Assembly (NCBI GenBank): GCA_022841645.1
Contig: JALHRC010000005.1
Coordinates: 2,804 to 66,803, forward strand
Origin: Minisyncoccota bacterium
GTDB lineage: Bacteria > Patescibacteriota > Minisyncoccia > Phycocordibacterales > UBA918
Direction of reading: 5' to 3'
Length of the DNA: 64,000 bases
Below, piece by piece: positions 58,574 through 64,000 of the stretch. Every line of letters starts with the position of its first letter. Within the stretch, counting starts at the first letter, position 1. Position numbers and translations under genes: made by a program. Under the pieces are notes generated by a model that saw only the letters and a program-made list of their open reading frames with translations, made no database searches and was not told where the DNA came from.

Positions 58574-59554
58574 CTACCGCAACATTTGTGTTACAAGCGC
58601 TACCATCTGCTCTTTCTTCTTTGGATCACTTTCGGCTATCAAAAGCGTAAGGGCAGTGAGTGCTGCTGGATTAATATTCTTTGCTCCTTTCACTCCCACC
58701 TTACGTAAGAACCACACAAAGGCAAACGCTCCTGAGCGCTTGTTGCCATCAGAAAATGGATGGTTCTTTACCATAAAGTAGAGCAGGTGTGCCGCTTTTT
58801 CCTCGACAGTTGGGTACACCGACTTACCACCAAATGACTGCATGACGTTACCGACGATACCTTCAATATTTCCTTCTCGCCGCTCGCTAGCAAACAAATC
58901 AGTGGCCTCCCCTTTCTTTATAAGTTCGCGCTTTAGTTCACTGATTACCAAGAGTAAATCACCTCCAACAAGCGCGACCTTCTTTTTAGTTACCCCCTTT
59001 AGTTCAAGGGTCTCCTTATCATACGCATCAAGGGAAACCCAGGTACCAGCAAATTCTTTTATTAGCTCAAGGACGGCTTTGGGGTCAAGGGTAACCTGAT
59101 CAGGTAACAAAGCTTGTACATCCGACACCGCTTTCATAAAAGCATCGTAATTTTGTGCAACTCGTTTTCGGTTTACGGTATACCCTTTGGTGACATGTTC
59201 ACGCAGAGTCTTAGTAGCCCACTGTCGAAAAGTAGTGGCTTTTTTGCTATTTACTCGATAACCAACAGAAAGAATCATATCGAGGCTGTAGTGATTTACT
59301 TCGCGCTCAATCTGACGCTTTCCTTCAAGCTGAAGTATCCGGAATTTCCGGATAGTTGCTTTTTCGACCAACTCTTCCGTCTTATAGATATTCTTAATGT
59401 GCTCGTTAATAGTTCGCACATCTACATCAAAAGCTAGGGCGATCTGTACTTGTGTTGCCCACACTGTTTCCATTTCCGAATCGCCCCGCAACTCCAAAGC
59501 ACCAGACTTAGTCTGGTAAATTACCATTTTTTGTTCCGACTTTTTCTTAGCCAT
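58574..59554 (-). CDS. RhuM-Fic/Doc family fusion protein
   Basis: YSLDMILSVGYRVNSK.AT.FRQWA; HPFSDGNKRSG. Confidence 0.9.
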   Translation of the reverse strand: MAKKKSEQKMVIYQTKSGALELRGDSEMETVWATQVQIALAFDVDVRTINEHIKNIYKTEELVEKATIRKFRILQLEGKRQIEREVNHYSLDMILSVGYRVNSKKATTFRQWATKTLREHVTKGYTVNRKRVAQNYDAFMKAVSDVQALLPDQVTLDPKAVLELIKEFAGTWVSLDAYDKETLELKGVTKKKVALVGGDLLLVISELKRELIKKGEATDLFASERREGNIEGIVGNVMQSFGGKSVYPTVEEKAAHLLYFMVKNHPFSDGNKRSGAFAFVWFLRKVGVKGAKNINPAALTALTLLIAESDPKKKEQMVALVTQMLR

Positions 59555-59667
59555 ATTAAGTGCATTTTAACATGAAGCAGAAGTGTCGAACCATCTCCAG
59601 CTCGTCACCACTTACGATCACTGCAAGCTCTACCAATCATACCTAAAATCATTGCTATACTGGACCT

Positions 59668-61578
59668 ATGTCAGTTTCTGCCGCGCAAAAACACAATCGT
59701 ATCCAGCTACTCACTGCCGTTCTGATGATAGTTATGCTCAGCAGCTATTTTGCCTACACTTCTCTTAAGAATAATCTCCCTCCCCCACCACCGGAGGCTA
59801 TGTATAGAAGTAAAGACGTGCCTACCATGGAGCGTGTCACGGATCTTTTGTCGTACATGTCACTTGAAGAGAAGATCGGACAGATGGCTCTCGTAGAGAA
59901 AAATAGTCTGCGCGCGGTTGAAGATATCTCAGCTTATGGCCTCGGTGCGCTCTTAAGTGGCTTTGGTGGGAGACCTGAAGATAATAGTCCCGCGGGATGG
60001 AAGACGATGGTTGAAACCTTTACTTCGGCAGCACGCTCGTCCCGCCTCGGCATACCCATCTTGTATGGCATCGACGCCATACATGGCCACAGTAATATTC
60101 CCGGTGCCACTATCTTTCCACACTTTATTGGACTTGGAGCGAGCGGTGACGCAACCCTCGTCGAAAACGTTGCGCGCGCCACCGCCAATGAACTTCTCGC
60201 GACCGGCGTACGCTGGAGCTACTCCCCCACCTACGACATGCCCGAAGATATTCGCTGGGGCCGCGTCTACGAAACTTTTTCTGACGACCCAGTGCTCGTA
60301 AGTAAGCTCGGAAGCGCCTATATCCGTGGCTTACAGAAAGCTCAAGGTCAACGTGCGGGAACTTCTTCTCAAGTAATGGTGCTCGCAACACCCAAACACT
60401 ACCTTGGTGCCGGTGGGATGCTGTGGGATACGTCGAGTAACGAGAACTTTAAAATTGATCAGGGTCTAACGCCGGAAGACGAGGCCAAATTGCGTGAGCA
60501 GTATCTGCCGCCATTTAAGAAAGCAATTGAAACCGGAGCGCTCAGTGTGATGGCGGGACTCAATAGCTGGGGTGATACAAAAATTGCCGCTTCCTCATAC
60601 CTCATTACCACCGTACTCAAAGCAGAACTTGGATTTAAAGGTTTTGTCGTCTCTGACTGGTACGGGGTGTACGAGATTCCGGGAAGTGATTACGAGGCTG
60701 CGGTCACCGCGATTAATGCGGGCGTCGATGTGGTCATGCTGCCGTTTGATTACCAGGACTTTGTGAGAAATGTGCGCCGGGCAGTACGACGAGGCGACAT
60801 ACCGGAAGAAAGAATTAATGACGCGGTACAGCGCATTTTAACTGCCAAATTTGAGTTGGGATTATTTGACAATGACACCACAAGAGACATCTCAGAGATT
60901 GGCTCACCGGAGCACCGTGCACTTGCCCGCGAAGCAGTCGCGAAGTCGCTGGTACTTTTAAAAAATGACGCCCGCCTCCTCCCGCTTCGCAGGACTACCG
61001 CTACGATCCGGGTCGCAGGAAGCGCTGCCGACAACATCGGGCGACAAACGGGCGCGTGGACAGTCGAGTGGCAAGGCATCGACGGCAACTGGTTGCCTGG
61101 CGCGACGTCAATTCTCGCCGGCATCAAGGAGGCAGCTCCACCTGGAACGACCGTGGAATTTGATAGCGGCGCATACTTTCCAGAAAATTCACCGAAGGCC
61201 GCTGTCGGTATCGCCGTCGTAGGCGAGGCTCCGTACGCCGAAGGCTGGGGCGATACTCCAATCCCCTCTTTAACTGAGGAAGACCGGGCGACGATCGAAC
61301 GCCTCAGAGCGGCAAGCGAGGTAGTGGTCGTGGTCTTGGTGACCGGCCGACCACTCTTTATAACCAACGAGATAAAAGATTGGGACGCAGTTGTCGTGGC
61401 CTGGCTTCCTGGCAGCGAGGGCGCTGGCGTGGCCGATGTGCTGTTTGGCAAAAGGCCCTTTACCGGAAAACTTCCCCTTCCCTGGCCGAGAACAACCGAG
61501 CAGCTCCCGATCACGGGCAGTGCCACAGCTGACGGCACTAATCCCCTATTTCTCCGTTACTATGGCCTAGGTATCTAA
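59668..61578 (+). CDS. GH3 beta-glucosidase, membrane anchored
   Basis: EEKIGQM, DAIHGH, RWGRVYE, PKHY, GFVVSDW, WLPGSEG. Confidence 0.92.
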   Translation: MSVSAAQKHNRIQLLTAVLMIVMLSSYFAYTSLKNNLPPPPPEAMYRSKDVPTMERVTDLLSYMSLEEKIGQMALVEKNSLRAVEDISAYGLGALLSGFGGRPEDNSPAGWKTMVETFTSAARSSRLGIPILYGIDAIHGHSNIPGATIFPHFIGLGASGDATLVENVARATANELLATGVRWSYSPTYDMPEDIRWGRVYETFSDDPVLVSKLGSAYIRGLQKAQGQRAGTSSQVMVLATPKHYLGAGGMLWDTSSNENFKIDQGLTPEDEAKLREQYLPPFKKAIETGALSVMAGLNSWGDTKIAASSYLITTVLKAELGFKGFVVSDWYGVYEIPGSDYEAAVTAINAGVDVVMLPFDYQDFVRNVRRAVRRGDIPEERINDAVQRILTAKFELGLFDNDTTRDISEIGSPEHRALAREAVAKSLVLLKNDARLLPLRRTTATIRVAGSAADNIGRQTGAWTVEWQGIDGNWLPGATSILAGIKEAAPPGTTVEFDSGAYFPENSPKAAVGIAVVGEAPYAEGWGDTPIPSLTEEDRATIERLRAASEVVVVVLVTGRPLFITNEIKDWDAVVVAWLPGSEGAGVADVLFGKRPFTGKLPLPWPRTTEQLPITGSATADGTNPLFLRYYGLGI

Positions 61579-61602
61579 GCCTGTACCAACAGACCCGATG
61601 CA

Positions 61603-63210
61603 ATGCTACACTGGAAGCCAATGACCATTACTCCGCTCACTCGTTTTATCCTGCTCGCGACCGTTACCGCAACCGGTGCGGGCGTACTGATTCTCGAGGT
61701 ACTCGCCGTACGGCTCCTCTCGCCCCACTTTGGGACGTCGATGTACGTACTTTCGAGTGTTCTTACCATTGTTCTCGCCGCGCTGGCCTGTGGCTACTAC
61801 GCCGGTGGGCGCCTTTCCGACCGCTACCCCACACCACTCCCTCTCTACCTCATTCTTGCCCTCGGGGGTCTTGCGATCGCGTTCTCGTACGCGCTCGCTA
61901 AGGTGTTCCTCCCCTTTGCACCGCAATTATTCCCTATCACTACCGGGCCACTCATCCTCTCGCTTTGCCTCTTCTTTATTCCGGCATTTCTCCTCGGCAT
62001 GGATTCACCGTACGTCATCAAGCTGCTCACCCACGGGCGCGACGGTGCCACTGCCGGTGCCGAGACTGGTACGACTTTTTTTTGGAGTACCGTCGGCAGC
62101 ATCGCGGGTAGTTTATCGGCCGGATTTTTCTTCATCCCGTTTGTCGGCATTGAGGCAACGTTGCTCGGTGTAGCCGTAGTACTCTCGCTCGGGGCGGCTC
62201 TCGCTGAAACCTTCCTACGATCAACCACCATCGTACCGATGCCAAAAGTAGCTAAACGGCAGTTTTTACTTATTATCGCAGCGGCCACTATCCTCCTTAC
62301 CATCGCCACCTTCACTATGGAGCGACCGTCAAAAGACGGCCCGGGAGTAACGACTATTTATGAAAAAGACGAGCGCTACGGACACGTCCGTGTGTACGAA
62401 CTTGCCTTCTCTCCTCTGCGCCCACCGGCGCGATTTTTACAGCGCGAAGTGAACTCTGAGTCAGCTATTTTCCAAGATAGCTACGAGCACCCTTTTGAAT
62501 ATACACGTTTTGCCGACCTCTACCCGCAGCTCCGACACGGCACCACAACGCGAGCCCTCGTACTCGGTGGCGGTGCTTATAGCATTCCCCGCTCACTCCT
62601 GGCTAACAATCCTGATCTTTTGGTTGACGTCGCCGAACTTGACCCAGCACTCTACCCACTGGCTCAAACGTATTTTGATCTGCGCGTGACTCCACGACTA
62701 CGCAACTTCGTGACCGATGCGCGGTTGCTCATAAATACCGCCGACACTACCTACGACTTTATTTTCATGGACACGTTTAATTCTGGCCTCTACATTCCCG
62801 CCCACCTCACTACGCTGGAATATTTTGCGGCGGTGCGAGAGCGACTCAGTAAGGACGGTCTTCTTATGATCAACTTCATTGGCGCTCGTGATTTGCCGGG
62901 TACGACCCTGACCGATTCTTTTCGCACGACACTACAAGCAGTATTTCCAAATGTGCAGGGATTTGTGGCCCGACCAGAGGAACTACACGAGCTTCAGAAT
63001 ATTATGTTTATTGCTGACGCGACTGACGAATCTCTAGATGTTTCTGGTATCACTGTCGCTACTAACCAGCGCGACGACGCTCCCCTTACCGAACTACAGA
63101 TTCCACTCACCGCACGCGACGAAGCAGCGCAGGTACTATTCACTGATGATCGTTCACCGGCCGAGTACTTGGTCGCCAAGCAGCTCGCGGCCGCCAAAAA
63201 AGCCCGCTAG
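61603..63210 (+). CDS. Fused MFS-like membrane domain/spermidine synthase-like methyltransferase
   Basis: RLLSPHFGTS TM domain; LVLGGGAYS, ELDP, DFIFMDTF, TDDRSP. Confidence 0.85.
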   Translation: MLHWKPMTITPLTRFILLATVTATGAGVLILEVLAVRLLSPHFGTSMYVLSSVLTIVLAALACGYYAGGRLSDRYPTPLPLYLILALGGLAIAFSYALAKVFLPFAPQLFPITTGPLILSLCLFFIPAFLLGMDSPYVIKLLTHGRDGATAGAETGTTFFWSTVGSIAGSLSAGFFFIPFVGIEATLLGVAVVLSLGAALAETFLRSTTIVPMPKVAKRQFLLIIAAATILLTIATFTMERPSKDGPGVTTIYEKDERYGHVRVYELAFSPLRPPARFLQREVNSESAIFQDSYEHPFEYTRFADLYPQLRHGTTTRALVLGGGAYSIPRSLLANNPDLLVDVAELDPALYPLAQTYFDLRVTPRLRNFVTDARLLINTADTTYDFIFMDTFNSGLYIPAHLTTLEYFAAVRERLSKDGLLMINFIGARDLPGTTLTDSFRTTLQAVFPNVQGFVARPEELHELQNIMFIADATDESLDVSGITVATNQRDDAPLTELQIPLTARDEAAQVLFTDDRSPAEYLVAKQLAAAKKAR

Positions 63211-63250
63211 CGCGCGGGCGTTTTTGGCGGCGTTTCTGCCTATCCACTAT

Positions 63251-64000
63251 TTACACTGCGGTTCCCACTGGGCGGCGTCGTTTTGAAAGCGGGCTCCGTA
63301 TCGGACGCTTCCTCACATCAAACACGAGTTCATCCTTCTTCATCGCCACCTTCACAATTCCGCCATGGAGCATCCCTTCACCGATCATCATGTTCGCGAC
63401 GGGGGTGAGAATCTTGCTTTGGATAACACGCTTTAGGGGACGTGCGCCAAACTTAGGATCGTAGCCCTCTTTGGCAAGGAATTCGAGCACCTCATCGGTC
63501 ACCGAGAGAAGAATTTGCTTCTTCTCCAGCCGCTTCTTTACATCCTCTACCTGGATACCGACGATACTGCGAATCGTTTCGGGCGAGAGAATGTCAAAGA
63601 CAATAATTTCATCAAGACGATTAAGAAACTCGGGGCGGAAGAAGAGCTTGAGACTCTCCATCACCTTGCCCTTGGCATGTGAGTACTGCGCCTGCTCTCC
63701 CTTCTCAATCGCAAAGCCGAAGTTTGACATGCGGTCGATGTGCTCGGCACCAATATTCGAGGTCATGATGATGACGGTATTGCGGAAGTTTACCTTGCGA
63801 CCCTTGGCATCGGTCAAGTGACCAGAATCAAGCACCTGAAGGAGAATATTGAATACTTCTGGGTGCGCCTTCTCTACCTCGTCGAGCAAAATGACGGAGT
63901 ACGGACGATGACGCACCCGCTCAGTGATAGTACCTCCTTCCTCATGCCCAACGTAGCCTGGTGGTGAGCCAATGATCTTAGACACCGCGTGCTTTTCCAT
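63251..64000 (-). CDS. ClpB/ClpC ATP-dependent chaperone, C-terminal part
   Basis: GSPPGYVG, LDEVEKAHP, FRPEFLNRLD, GARPLKR. Confidence 0.95.
   Translation of the reverse strand: MEKHAVSKIIGSPPGYVGHEEGGTITERVRHRPYSVILLDEVEKAHPEVFNILLQVLDSGHLTDAKGRKVNFRNTVIIMTSNIGAEHIDRMSNFGFAIEKGEQAQYSHAKGKVMESLKLFFRPEFLNRLDEIIVFDILSPETIRSIVGIQVEDVKKRLEKKQILLSVTDEVLEFLAKEGYDPKFGARPLKRVIQSKILTPVANMMIGEGMLHGGIVKVAMKKDELVFDVRKRPIRSPLSKRRRPVGTAV

Overview
Gene-dense bacterial chromosome segment, standard code (tRNA-Trp CCA). Gene content, many apparently leaderless genes, CPR-type pilins and the dprA/topA/rel/parB neighbourhood suggest a Patescibacteria (CPR, Parcubacteria-like) genome; this is an inference. Core genes: rmuC, yqeY, dnaX, dus, serS, dprA, topA, rel, parB, miaA, a ClpB/C fragment and four tRNAs (Gln, Leu, Trp, Tyr). 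Accessory content: two membrane-anchored methionine-sulfoxide-repair loci (including a CcdA-MsrA-MsrB fusion), runs of tiny membrane proteins, a long mostly minus-strand accessory tract (18.8-35 kb) with RAYT remnants and a loopless palindrome family, two pilin-peptidoglycan-hydrolase fusions, and an AT-rich Fic island behind tRNA-Tyr. Most striking unexplained structures: (i) stacks of tRNA 5-prime fragments, each followed by a short structured non-coding insert and a fresh -10 box, upstream of the intact tRNA-Trp and tRNA-Tyr genes; (ii) a ~320-nt promoter-to-terminator, ORF-free, highly structured RNA candidate between serS and dprA; (iii) GTAC-bounded perfect palindromes that bracket gene cassettes. 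All product calls come from motif recognition by eye; no database search was run.
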